Assembly (NCBI RefSeq): GCF_006345805.1
Contig: NC_043005.1
Span: 98,394,001 to 98,458,000 of the forward strand
Reading direction: 5' to 3'
From: Octopus sinensis
Taxonomy: Eukaryota
Length of the DNA: 64,000 bases
In this document: piece by piece, positions 13,251-26,398 of the stretch
How positions within the stretch are numbered: the stretch's first letter is position 1
Layout of the letters: each line of letters opens with the position of its first letter
Position numbers and translations under genes: made by a program
The notes under the pieces: model-generated
What the model saw: the letters and a program-made list of their open reading frames with translations, nothing else
Database searches by the model: none
Told to the model about the DNA's origin: nothing

Positions 13251-15880
13251 TATATTGTTGTTTCATTATATTCACTTATAGATGTCTTAAGTGTTTCTGG
13301 TGTCCCTTTCCTAGCAATTAAAAAGAAACTTAAATACATTTCAATTAAAAGAGGGTAATGAATGTCTCACATCACTGTAGAATTTGTTTGCAGACACAAC
13401 TGTCAGCAAATGGACCCTTTTTCATTTATCTTGGTTAATATTTTTATATTTTAATTTTCTTGACCCTCTTGACCCAACATACATCTGACCATGTGTGAAG
13501 AACTGTGTTAGGAGATGATATTATTGACTAAATAATTTCAAGGCAGTACCCCAGCATGGCCGCAGTCTAACACAATTTGAAAACTTAATCCTTTTAGAGA
13601 GGGATTATTGTTTTTGCACTACATAATACTTGTAAAAATAATTTACTCACTTGTTTTTTTTTCTTCACTTTTTATGAATGCGAAGAAAAGCTATTTGTTT
13701 ACATATGGAATTAAAATGAAAGATGAAATTTAAAACAGAAGCGAATCTTGTAATATTAAGCATTATGATTTATGTTTAATATGCAGATAAACTTTATAGT
13801 TTAACATTTTTTTAATATTCATTTATAATTTCTTCAAAGTAAAATTACTTTTTTTAAAAGCATAGTTAAAAATAAACTGGACACAGTCCCACACTTCTTC
13901 AATCATTATATTATAGATTGACCATTCTGCTCATGTCCACTTTATTTCTAGGATGGTCGGGGTTTAAACATATAGAAGTAATCTTGAAGATAGAATTTCT
14001 TGCGAATGATTGGAACAACATTGATAAATTTCAGTGATTTAGTAGAAGCTGCTGTACCAGTTCCCATATAGATTTACTTAGTACATCTCCACATTTAAGT
14101 ACTTGGAACATATGATGGAACATGTTTGAAATCTGGTACATCTCAGAAGAATCTATTATATTTGTTGAGAAAGTTCTGGAGCAGTTGAGGTTATATGTCT
14201 GAATATCTCTCGTTGGTATTCAAACTAGATCCTATGGGTTCTTCGACCGGCCTACCTTAGTTTGTTTGCAGATACCAAATGTCACCACAGATTTCCTCTA
14301 CTTAAAAAAAATCCAATGAGGAATCTTTGAGCTACCAGAAAGCTTTGGGTCAACTGGACAACCCCCAGCATCCAATCAACAGGTGCCTTAAGTAAACGAG
14401 ATGTCCTTAAAGTAGGATGCCTGTTTTGCACAAACCATTCCATGAGGAAAGAAAATCCATAAAATCAATTCTATAGGGTCATATAAACCGTTATCAATAC
14501 ACAAATAAACAAGTAAACCATTTGACAACAAAACTCTGTGTTCACAAGGCCAACTGCTAAACCAAGGAAAAAACTACATTCCACAAAACTAAGAAAAAGA
14601 TATCAACCAACAAGCAGAAATAAAACTTTAACAACTCACCAAAATGTAGGTTAATTAACCCTGAACTAGGCCTTGCTCGCAAAATATACTTCATAATTAA
14701 ATTTGTATCGGCAGTAAAATTTCCTTCAAAAATTACTGCCTATACAAATTTAATTACGTGGAGAAACAACACTGGTGTGATAAATTGGTTCAAACAAACT
14801 GAGGGTAAAAACTGATGCAAATTTATTTAATTTGACATTGTGTATCCCTAACCCTAACCCTAACCAATCTATCAACAAAGGTCTCTTTCATAAAGTCATA
14901 CATTTCGCATCTAAGCAAGCAACTTCAACCCTAGGCATTCTCAAAACTGTAGCATTGTTTGGATGCTCTCTCATATTTAACATCAAATGCTGACTGAAAA
15001 AAAAATAAAAGAAAGAAAGAAAAGAACTTGCAAAGTAATTTGGCTGAACATCTCATTGACAAAAGAGGTTGCAGTCACTACAGATGCTTGCTAAAGTTCA
15101 ATATCTGCTGCACTGTTTCAGGAGGTGTATCTATTCCTGTTCTTATCAATCTGAAACTGAAGATAGCTTTTTTCAGATCTTTTCACTTTGACCGGCAGAT
15201 TTAAAAAATAATTTCTTTGTAACTAAACACTTTTAAACTTCGTATACTGGTAGAATGTGTTACATAAAACATCTTTTCTCTTGGCTTTCTTGAGAAAATT
15301 CTGTAGTTTGTAAGCTATTTGTTGTTAAATATCTTGCATTTCGGCAATTTCAACCAATCAATGACGTCTATTGAGGTGAATATAATTTCTGCTGTTTTTG
15401 TCAACAACAACTTACAGAAAGACAGGATTTGGTTATTATATGAACTATGCAAAGAGCCAGACATATATTATTAAGATGGAAATGTCTTCTTGAGAACTGA
15501 CCATAACATTTTAGAGCTTATATTCAATTTGAGGAGAGAACTGCCTAATGTAACATCTGTTAGCATATTATGATTAGCAGTCTAGTTTGCTATCTAAATT
15601 CTGAATTTAAATACATTTCCCTATGTTGATGCTCTATCTAGAATAAAATTGAATGAGCCAATAAAGTGAGGTGAAAGCACAATAGAGACATGATTTATTC
15701 ATTGGGTGGAAACGAATGTGCTGAAATGGAAGAATCATAGGCTCAAAGGAAGAATTATGTAGTTTTGTTTAATGTTATTAATTGAATCAAAACAAGTATT
15801 TGGAAAAATGATTCAATAACTGAAAGACCTTATAAAGCAATTATACAAAACTTATTGTTGATAATGAGATTGTTGTTCCT

Positions 15881-16189
15881 TGTTTTGTTTGTTCCTTCTC
15901 AAGCCGTGCCTGGCTCATAAGGGTCGGTTTCCTGGTTTCCTTGGCGTATAGGTTCCCCACCTGGATGGGATGCCAGTCTGTCGCAGGTGAGCTGCAAGAT
16001 GCAGGAGGAAAGAGTGAGAGAAAGTTGTGGCGAAAGAGTCAGCAGAAGTTCGCCATTACTTTCTGCTGGAGCCCTGTGGAGCTTAGGTGTTTCACTCATA
16101 AACACACACATCACCTGGTTTGAGATTTGAACCTGCGATGCCTCAACTGCGAGTCCGCTGCTCTATCCTCTAGGCCATGTGCCTCCACT
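15881..16189 (-). mobile_element. tRNA-derived SINE (family B variant) with 14-bp TSD
   Basis: TSD AGATTGTTGTTCCT at 15867-15880 and 16190-16203. Reverse complement of the TGGAGGCACATGGCC head lies at 16187. (AAC)-rich tail. Confidence 0.88.
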
Positions 16190-16586
16190 AGATTGTTGTT
16201 CCTGAAGTGTTGTGACATAAAATCTGTATATAATGGTGTTGCATGACTGAAACTGAGGGTCACGTGATGAAGACTGTTTCACATGATTGCCTTTTAGTAA
16301 TGCAAATTCACTTCGTTCCATCGATGATATAATGTATGTCATGAAAGTAACTGCACCAACTGTGCATTCATGCATTCAGAAAGCAGAGTGACTGCTGCAA
16401 ATACAGGACAAATATTGGGTGCTACTTTGGCATGTGATCTACAGCTTAAAGGGAAATTACTTTTGGATACTTCTTAGTTTACTATGTGCTGGTACTACTT
16501 TGGCAAGTGATCAATACAAACAAATTTACTTTGTTTGTTGATTTTCTGCTTATTTTAATTATCCTATTGTTTTGAAATATGGACAC

Positions 16587-16836
16587 GGTAATGATTTATT
16601 TTCAAATGCAGAAACACTGACAGAACAGCAGAGACAGCATAAAATATCCATATAAAGCAGAAAAATTTGTCAGCAACCAGCCATGAGACCTAAATGCACA
16701 TCCTTTTGATTACTGGTCAAGTGCTTTACTAATTAAGCTAAACTGCCCACTGACAAATTAACCCACTTTATATGGATATTTTATCCTGTCTCTGCTGTTC
16801 TATCAGTGTTTGTGCCTTTGAAAATAAATTATTACC
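16587..16836. repeat. 250-bp foldback (MITE-like); partial relative at ~51515-51610
   Basis: 71-bp arms at 16587-16657 and 16766-16836, 66/71 complementary, plus an inner AATTTGTCAG/CTGACAAATT pair. Confidence 0.88.
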
Positions 16837-17009
16837 TTATCTGTATCTCACAATACATTTCAACACTTCTAAAAAATAAACATTAGTTTGCTTACATTTA
16901 TCATTATTATATTGTTTATTCTTGGTTTTTTTCTTATTATTATTTACTAAGACATAAATGAAATATGGTTTTATTATTATTAAAATAATTTTATCAATGA
17001 ATTCAGTGA

Positions 17010-17960
17010 ACATCGGCTAGAAATGAAAGAAAACGGTCTTCGGCACTCAAAATGCCAATGTTGTGGTGGAGATGTGTAGGAAGCTTCAAGAAAAGGGAAA
17101 ATGGTGAAATTTTGCCAACTTTATGTTACAAGGTTCATGGCTGCCAAACTTATCAGTCTATCTGCACTGGAAATGTCTTTTCTATTATACTGATTTAAAT
17201 AACAAAGTCCATTGCAATCTTTCTCTGTTTCAAATTTTAGAATCAATTTTTCATTTTACTCAAGATGTCTCTTATGATGAGGTGCATCAGTTAACTGGTA
17301 GAAGTTCTGAATCAATATGTGATTGGTTCAACATGTGTTGTGAAATTTGTTCCCAAACTGTTTCCCTTAACAAATGGTAGGATCTGAAAAGATGGTAGGA
17401 ACCGAAGAAGAGCCTGTGCAAATCGATGAAGCTCAGTTTACAGGACACTGGAAGTACAACAAAGGCAGAATGTTACAAGGTGACCATGTCCCTGGTTTCA
17501 ACTGATCGCAAAGCTGAAAAAAAAACCCAAAGAAACTATGGAAGATGCCTTGATGGATCCTGGGTCTTTGGATTGAAGAAAAGTGCAGATTGCTGCTATT
17601 ATTGTGCAAAAAAAAAAAATGTGAACCACTTGAACCCATAATCCAAAGAGAAGTTGCAGAAAATTTGGTTATTCATTATGATGAATGGTCAGCATACTCC
17701 AATCTAAATTGTCTAAATTTCTGCCATTCTACTGTCAGCCACCAAAGGCATTGATCCAAACACTTGAACCAATACTCGAGCAATTAAAAAGATCCTGGTT
17801 GGATTTGAAAATTTGTATTTTGAAAAAGATGAGAGGTGTGAACCAAAGGACCCTCCGATCTCACTTTCATTATTTCTGTTGGTTAAAGATGAGGGAGAGT
17901 ACTGAAGACCCTTTACTTGCATTTCTAGCAGATGTTCACAGGTCTAAGTGTAAAAACACT
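17010..17960 (+). mobile_element. Merlin (IS1016/IS1595-like) DDE transposase pseudogene
   Basis: Frameshifted motifs in the expected order: GCQTYQSICTG, ICDWFNMCCEIC, VQIDEAQFTGHWKYNKGR (from 17392), GSWVFGL, VIHYDEWSAYSNL..FCHSTVSH (17641-17754), TNTRAI..RSWLDLK. TIRs and 8-bp TSD not identified. Confidence 0.8.
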
Positions 17961-18587
17961 AATATTTCAATTTATCACAAACATCTAGCTTAGGCATTTT
18001 ACTTACCTGGTACCACCCCATACACAACCCTTCATGGTTACTAAATAAATATACATCATGAAACCTCCTGCTTGCGTATACACAGACCCTTTAGGTCCTT
18101 CTAGTTCTTCCACAGGTCTTTGGGAATATATCTTCATTAACACTGCAGATACTAAGTTCTTAATTTAAAATTTTTACCTTATTTTAAATTTAGATTTTAA
18201 ATTTATCTTATTTTTTAAATTTTTTACATTGACTCTTTATCACTTTTATAATATTAATTTTCAACCTTAGTTTTAAGCCTCAAATCTTAAGTCTTTTGTT
18301 TGCTTGTACAGCATCTATTCCTAGCACTAACTGAACTAAGACTGCCTTGACTCTCTCTTCACTTCTAGTAAAATTGACCACCTGCTTTATCTAACGTCTA
18401 TTATCTTTTTTATGACTGTTTTATCACTCCTCCACACTCCCCTCCTATTGCTCTCCAGCCTGTAGGTTGGACATCTGCTTTATTTATCCCTTATCTATCT
18501 GTCTTTATATTCATGCTCCATTAACCTATCTGGGCAGGAGTACCCTTGCTGTACTGATTAGTATATCTAATACAAAGCTCCTATATA

Positions 18588-19878
18588 CGAGGGGCATTCA
18601 ATAAGTAATGCCCCTGACCCACTTCCCATAGTAGTAGAGCAACAAAACTCAGCACAGGTATTAGTCTTTTTCTACATAGGAACCACCCAGAGTTACGCAT
18701 TTCTCCCATCATTTGATGCAGTTCTGGATACTGTTTTTGTAGAAGACCCCAGCTTGGTCCTCCAACCACGACGTGACTTCAGAAATCAAGGCTGCATCAT
18801 CTGGTAAACGCTTTCCTTTCAAAAACAACTTCATGGGTGGGAAGAGGTGAAAATCAGAGGGTGCAAGATCAGGAGAGTAGGGGGATGGGGGAGAAGTTCA
18901 TAGCCGCACGCCTGTGCTTTTGATCTGGCGACACGCGAGTTGTGGACCGGAGCGTTGTCCTGCAGGAGGAGGATGCCTTTGCTGATCTTGCCCCGCCTCT
19001 TGATTTTGATAGCTTCTCTTAATTTCCTCAAAAGTGAAGCATAATAGGCTCTTGTAATTGTGGTACCCTTTGCCAGAAAATCTGTCATCACTACTCCGTC
19101 CTAATCCCAGAAGACTGTGAGCGTGACCTTGCCAGCGGAGGGCTGCACCCTTGCCTTCTTTGGAGGAGGTGAGTCACGGCGCTTCCACTGCATTGACTGG
19201 GCTTTGGTCTCTGGATCATAGTGATGGACCCAGGTTTCATCCTGTGTAATCAGTCTTTTGAAATATTTTGACTCATCTTCTTGGCACATCTCCAAATTTA
19301 TCCTCGGGCATTCGACGCGTTCTTGCTTCTGGAAAGGTGTGAGCAACCTGGGAATCCATCTGGCAGACACCTTTTGCATATGTAAATGGTCATGAATGAT
19401 AGTTTCCACAGACCCGGTACTAATCTTGACTTCATGGGCTATTTGGCGAATAGTTATGCGTCGATCTTCCAAAATGGCAGCCTCAACTTGACGGACAGAT
19501 GCCTCATCAATGGCAGAAGGGGACGACCAGATCTGGGAGCTGTTTCCACAGAGTTCCGACCATGTTTGAATTCACGATGCCAGCGTTTTACAAGGTCATA
19601 TGATGGGGCATCATCACCATAAGTTACTTTCATTTCATCAAAAGTTTCCCGTGGTGTGCGTCCTTTCAAATACAAAAACCGGATCACTGCTCGACACTCA
19701 ACAGGCTCCATTTCACACCTGACTCAGTTCAAACACCTGTAAATCAGAAACCACAATTAGTTCAGAGCTGTAATTTCCCACTTAATCTATAGAGATATAA
19801 ATAATTGCACATGCAAAATTTCAGCTAGATCAAACAACTGCAATTGGGTCAGGGGCATTACTTATTGAACGCCCCTCG
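18588..19878 (-). mobile_element. Full-length (1291 bp) mariner transposon, DD34D, probably irritans subfamily; transposase pseudogene 19711..18661
   Basis: 34-bp TIRs CGAGGGGC(A/G)TTCAATAAGTAATGCCCCTGACCCA (1 mismatch) flanked by TA on both sides. ORF pieces MEPVECRAVIRFL..RSGRP, KVSARWIPRLLT, TQDETWVHHYDPETK, QDNAPVH-x-YSPDLAPSDF with exactly 34 residues between D2 and D3 after frameshift correction. Two frameshifts and two in-frame stops. Confidence 0.95.
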
Positions 19879-20964
19879 TACATATCTTTCTCCTGCCAGA
19901 ATGTACTATATTTATTTCTCATCTCTCAGTATTTGTCAGTATTTATCTTTGGAACTGCTAGCATCTATTTTCCTAGCAAACCATTCTTTCTGATTTACCT
20001 TAAGAATATCCAATCTCACTGGATCTAACAAGATTCATTTGGATCTCTCCTTCCTGTCTGGACTTAAGGAATCACAACAATCATTGATGAGGAACTTTTA
20101 TTCCACTCTTACTCTTACGTATGTTTAACTTGTCTCTTTCCATCTCTCTCTCTCTGATGACGAAATACTCAGCGTATGGCATCTTCGCTCAGTACAATGT
20201 TCCAATAGCTGGAATATCTAAGAAACAGCTGTCAGAAACTGTCTCTGCCTTTCATTATTTAGCTAAATTAAATTAAATGTCCTTGTCAAGTCTTGCCAGT
20301 TTGTTTGCCTCACCTTTTTAACTTTAAACTCTTCATACTAAGTCAAGGGGAAGCCACTTCTATCCGTTTTGGATAAAGCAGTCACAAAAGCAGAACTTCA
20401 ACTGACGATCACACTGGAATTTTAGTGGCATACCTATTCTGAGCACTCTGAGCGCATACCTATTAGTTTGAGTGACCCTGACAAAAACTTCTCATATCTT
20501 TTACATCCATACAAACGTACAAACACACATACATGGTTAAAATTTTTCCAGAAAGATGCAGCTAGGTGGAAATAAAGAAGCGAAAACAAAAGCAAAGCAA
20601 ACACAAGAGACCAGCACTTTTATTTTTTATTTTTGATATTTCACCTTAAACAGCCTTCATCAGGAGAAAATGAGCATAGGTCTGAATTTCACAGAGATAT
20701 AGAGAAACATAGCTGGAGAGATGATAGACACAAATTCATAGCATCAAAGCAGAAAATTCACATCACTCAATGCTTGTTTGTTCAAGGTGAGAGAGGTTAA
20801 ATTGTGTTATTTTTTCTTTGAAATTAAGAATGTTCCTCGTCCTCCATTTTTAACAATCCAATATTCTTGAAATATGGATGCTTGCAGACAGAATGTTTGT
20901 CATAGAGAGGTAAGGACTGTGTTTAAGCAGAACGTAATGAGGAAATAATGGGAAAACATTTTAG

Positions 20965-21339
20965 TATGTGTGTATGTATGTATGTATGTATGTATGTATG
21001 CATGTATGTATGTATGTACGTATGTATGTATGTATGCATGTATGTATGTATGTACGTATGTATGTATGTATGTATGTATGTATGTGTGTATATATGTGTG
21101 TATGTATGTATGCATCTATGTATGTATGTATGTATGTATGTATGTATGTATGTATGTATGTATGTGTGTATGTATGTATGTGTGTGTATGTGTGTATGTA
21201 TCTATGTATGTATGTATGTATGCATGTATGTATGTATGTATGTATGTGTGTATGTGTGTATGCATGTATGTGTTTATGTATGTGCATGTGTGTATATATG
21301 TGAGTGCATTTGTGTGTGTGTTTGTGCGTGTGTGTATGT

Positions 21340-21405
<66 letters not shown>
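20965..21405. repeat. (TATG)n grading into (TG)n microsatellite; (CT)n at ~21800-21890 and (AG)n at ~22125-22193 nearby
   Basis: Direct inspection. Confidence 0.95.
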
Positions 21406-21407
<2 letters not shown>

Positions 21408-21795
21408 TGGAAGTACAGAATTAAGTTACAACTTTGGTTTACCAATCATGCTTCAAACCATGCAGGTCTGCAATGGGACTGAACAGTCATCTGGGAGGTC
21501 ACGGAAGGAAGTGAGAAATGTCATTGACAACGAGGAAGCTCAAGGAGACGGCAATCATCTGTGAAGATGGAGTAATCCCCAAGTATGAACGTACGACAAT
21601 GAATAGAATAAAAGTTCTCTTCAGTATTGTCCATTTCGTATCAGTTTCGCTACAATTCTATTTGGGACAAGACTGAACATCAAGGGAAGTAACTCTTAAA
21701 ATGTTTTGAAGAGTTAATAAACTTGTAATTTTATTTACGTATCTTCTCGTTGATGTGAGATGTAAGACGACTGTCGAACGAATGAATGAACTGTT

Positions 21796-21868
<73 letters not shown>

Positions 21869-22122
21869 TTCTCTCTCCCTCCTCTCTCTCTCTTTTATAT
21901 CATGCTAGGTCGTTTTGAAAACTAGAAACACATTAGATAACGCAGTTTTATCATAAGAAGATCACAAGATTAGATTTCTTATTCTACTCGACCAGGGTCG
22001 CCAATATCAAGTTAAACGTTGGAAAGTAAATCTCTCCCCGCTCCCTCTCTTTCTCCCTTCTCCCTCTTTGTATATATACATATGTATGTCATTATTCAGT
22101 TTTACTTCAAGATTTCTTGCCA

Positions 22123-22196
<74 letters not shown>

Positions 22197-22327
22197 GATT
22201 TCTAATCAAATCCAAAGCTCCTTCATTTGAATTTCAACATCAAAGTATGTGTACAGTTTTTGGAGTCAGTGTCTGTGGAAAGTTGTATGTTTTGTTTTAT
22301 CTGTATATTTTTATATTTTCTGGCGTT

Positions 22328-23540
22328 CAGGGTTTTGCAGATAAATTGAGACCAATTTTAAGTACTTGATTCAGTCGGTTTTACAATTCAATTTTTGACA
22401 AAACCTTGCTTGCTTGAAAATCTAATTCTCCTCTTTATTTCTCTGGAAAATAGCGAACTGATTCGGCAACAGAAAGTCATGGAACAACACAATCGTTCTG
22501 CCATTGTTGTTTTGGTGCGCGTCGGGCACACTGCCAATGAAATTGTTAAGTTGACGAAACTTCCAAAAGCATCGTGTGTATTTAAAGACGAGTGAAATAT
22601 TAATAGCAAAGAACACAAGACTCGAAGTGATTCCAAGTGGAATCCAAAGTTTCTCGCTGGCCTCAAACGTTCGATTGAAGCCAACTAATCCACATCTTGC
22701 AATGAAACTCAATGTGTCCCTTTCCACGGTATCCAGAGATGTAAACAGGAACCTTGGCATGACTAGCTATGTTCGAGGACGCCGTCACCTCCTAACAGTC
22801 AAGGCCAAAGCAATCAAAGCCGAGAGATACCCAAAGCTTCTGTCATTCATCAAGCATCAAGGTGTAAGAAAAACTCGTGTTTGTGGACAAGAAGTTCGCT
22901 GGACGGTGAGGTGAATCGCAGAAATTCTCGTGCGATAGCATACAACCCTTCTGACGTCCCCATTGTGTTTGAAACTAAGCATCCTGCCTCTCTGATGGTA
23001 TTTGGAGCCGTGGCGAGTGTCATGGATTCACACTTCATTGAGTCTGGCTTGAAAATCGACACAAAGGAGTATCTAGACGTCCTAAAGAACTCTCTGTTAC
23101 CTTGGATGGAGTAGAAGTTTGGGCTTGACAACGTGGTGCACTATGCTGTGGGTCAAAAGCAACAGAGGCCTTCCTTGGTGAGAAGATGCCATTTTTTGTT
23201 AGAGCCAACATCTGGCCCAGTAATATTCCAGATGTCAACCTTCTCGATTATTTTTTATGGGGCGTACTTCAAGCAAGGACCAATGCTTCACCACACTCGA
23301 GTGTCAACAGTTTGAAGACCCGCATCGTGCGTACGACACGCAAAATCAAAAAGGTTGAGGTTGCGGCAGATACTAAACATTTCGTTCTCGTGTGGAGGCA
23401 GTAATTGCCTAAAAGAGCGGCCAATGTTTTGTCATAATAAATGTTACATTAAAATTATATATATCTGCTACCATTATTTTAGTATTTATAACCAGTTTTA
23501 TGTATCGTAAAAATTGTCTCAATTTATCTGCAAGACCCTG
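22328..23540 (+). mobile_element. Decayed Tc1/mariner-superfamily transposon, probably maT (DD37D)-like
   Basis: TIRs CAGGGT(T/C)TTGCAGATAAATTGAGAC at 22328 and ending 23540, with TA on the right. Fragments MEQHNRSAIVVL, LNVSLSTVSRDV, TKHPASLMVFGAVAS, YLDVLKNSLLPW, WPSNIPDVNLLDYFLWG. The D2 region is deleted, so the family spacing cannot be counted. Confidence 0.85.
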
Positions 23541-23649
23541 TATAGTTGCATGTCTAGACATGCGCATATATAGTTAAAAGATAAACTTCTGGAAAGTTTT
23601 ACAGATGTTTACAGTTCAAGTAATGGCTTGGATCTTTAGTCTTCGAATC

Positions 23650-24340
23650 AGCTTTCTCTTTCCTGAGAAAACTGAGAAGCTTTTTGAGCAGCTTAATTTC
23701 TCAGGATTTTTTTAAGAAGCCTAATTTCTCAAGATTGGTACTTAGGCTGTGTCTAACATATTTCTGTGTTCAATAATTACCTGAACTTGTAACCTGAGTA
23801 GAGTAGCTGTAGATTTCTCAATAGTTCAGCATAGGTATTTTCTTATTCACTGATTATTATCTTTATGTTAACACCCGCTGGGCAGTTGACTTCCACAACT
23901 GTTTCTCTTCTGCATCCCAAATGTCAGATATATTGTGTTTACATTTAATTGGGGTTTTCACTGGATATTTCACCAAGACTTTTTTTTATTATGGGTGGCT
24001 ATGGCTTCTTTCTACCATACTGTGGGTTCGTATTACTTTGGCATTGGAGTTATCTTTCCGACGGATCTCATTATACAGTGTAAAACCCATAACATCATAT
24101 CTCATCGGTAGATAAAACTGGATGACATTTTCGGACAACTGCTTATGATATGGGTGATATCTTCGGTGTTAACTCTACAATGTCTGCATCGTTTATCACA
24201 TTTTGGTGCTTTTCCTGCGTCTCTGTCTCTTTTGTGCATCAGGTACTTGGCGAATATCTCTTGTTGTTGGATTGCGAATGTATACCTTTAAAATTGGGAG
24301 TTTGTAATCCGGTTGTTGCTCCATGATAAACTGCTTTGAT
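23650..24340 (-). mobile_element. Second R4-like RLE non-LTR relic (3' part)
   Basis: Minus strand reads AIQQQEI(F)AKYL..KCDKRCRHCRVNTEDITHIISSCPKM (intact C-x2-C-x8-H-x4-C), then VEVNCPA, TYAELLRNLQLLYSGYKF and LEKLGF. Confidence 0.72.
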
Positions 24341-25459
24341 TATCAAAGTTACTATCATCCCGGAGTTTTCTGCTAACGTATCTATGTGTAGGGGCCTCGC
24401 TTCGACTTGCCTAAAATTTGAAACCAGATTTACCTGCTTGTTGCTTGTTAAAACAAGCGGGAAATTCTCTCCTTATCATATGATTGATGGGGAAACACTT
24501 GACCTCCAAGAACCTGGGCTGGTCAAGGAAAGGTCAGTACTTTGTTTAGGGGTTGACCTACATACTGACCATTGTCTATATAACAGAGAGTATTTCCAAT
24601 CTCTTCCTCTTTTGAGTCAGCCATGACCAAGAGCAGCACTTACTCTTCACCCTTCGCTCGACATACGAAGAGAAACTTTCGGCCGCAAGAAAGACAATGC
24701 CACTTTTATCTTTTCTTCCTTTCTAGTCAGCACCGTGCATTTCTTACTCTTTCACTCTCTACTGACAGACAGCAACACTATCAACCAGCGAGGCAACCTT
24801 GTTGTCACTATCACTACATTTACTACTGTCTCTTTACTTGTCGGGCAAATGAATAAATATATGGTTCCAACTACATGGTTCCGGGTTCAGTTCCACTGCG
24901 TGGCACTGTAGGCAAATGTTTTCTACAATAACCTATACAAAATTTTCACGAACACAAGGAAGAATATCGATGTAGCAGTGGCCACAGTCAGATGCAAAAA
25001 GATAGCTTTGTATCTCTGCCGTAAGGCTTCATTTGCACAGACGCCAGCTGAATTCAATTCGTCCCCAGTCGAAAGGCACCTGTTGTTATGTCCTGTTATC
25101 ATCATTATTATTATTTTTATTGTATTTTTGTATTTATATTCGTGTAAACATCGTCTGTTTTTTACCGTCCTTGTTTTCGTATACATTCGATGCTTTTCCC
25201 CCCAAGGAATCTAATGCTCTTAGCTTAGTTTTTCCTTGGGGCTGACCAGATTGGAGCAATCTCAAGATTAAGCAGCCGAAATTGCGAGGATGATCCGGTT
25301 CTTGACTGAGGATAAAAAGCTTCGAATGACCCGTCATTTTTTTTTGTATCGTCTATCTGGATGTTTTGTTGTCTCTTTTTGTATCACCTAGTTGTCCGGA
25401 TGTTTTGAGTTCTTGTCCCATTTTGTATTATATATATATATATAGATATATATATATAT

Positions 25460-25545
<86 letters not shown>

Positions 25546-25571
25546 TATGTATGTATGTATGTATGTATTTG

Positions 25572-25603
<32 letters not shown>

Positions 25604-26253
25604 ATATATATAATATATATTATATATATATATATATATATGCATATGTGGGCATAGAACGTCACGAAACGTGTACAACAAAACATACGAATTATGAGTA
25701 CATGGAATATGAACTATTCTTTCGAACAACGAAAGACGCAAATGGAAAACAAGACAAACAACACAAAGAATGACCCTTCATCAGTTGTTGGCTGCTTTTC
25801 TACTCTCATATACAAAAAAATGAATCAGTTAATCTCGAACTCGAGTTTCTCTATTAATTGTCAAATTAACTATTTTATAATCTGTAGACCATCAGCGAGA
25901 CGACTAATTAATGAATAATAATGCAGTTGTAAATACATACCGAAAACACGTGCGCAAGGCAGCTACATCTTTATCCCTTATGGATTCGAACTTAGTGCGC
26001 AAGCGTAAACTTATAGTCCAGCATTAAATAAACAAATATGAAACTGTGTCCTATGTAGTCTCAGAATTATAAATATTTCTATCGCAAATATGAGGGCAAT
26101 GAATTAAAATAATCTATTACCAGTGGTTAGCATGCATGAATAAAAGTCATAAGATATACCATTTAAAAAAAAAATATAAAGTGTATAAAATATTTATATA
26201 TTCCCTCGCTTTATAAATTCTTCGAGCGTCAAACGAATAATATACATTGCGAA

Positions 26254-26284
<31 letters not shown>

Positions 26285-26367
26285 ATGCACATATATACAC
26301 ACATATATATATATACGTATATATATACATACATATATATACACATATATACACACGTATATATGTA

Positions 26368-26398
<31 letters not shown>

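Noticed and set aside
14000-14720. Possible further retroelement relics (also ~7300-7650, 18000-18585, 19880-20260, 25100-25420, 28250-28460; Penelope-like ends)
   Set aside because: They look repeat-derived, but I could not recover diagnostic protein motifs or boundaries, so they are not annotated individually.
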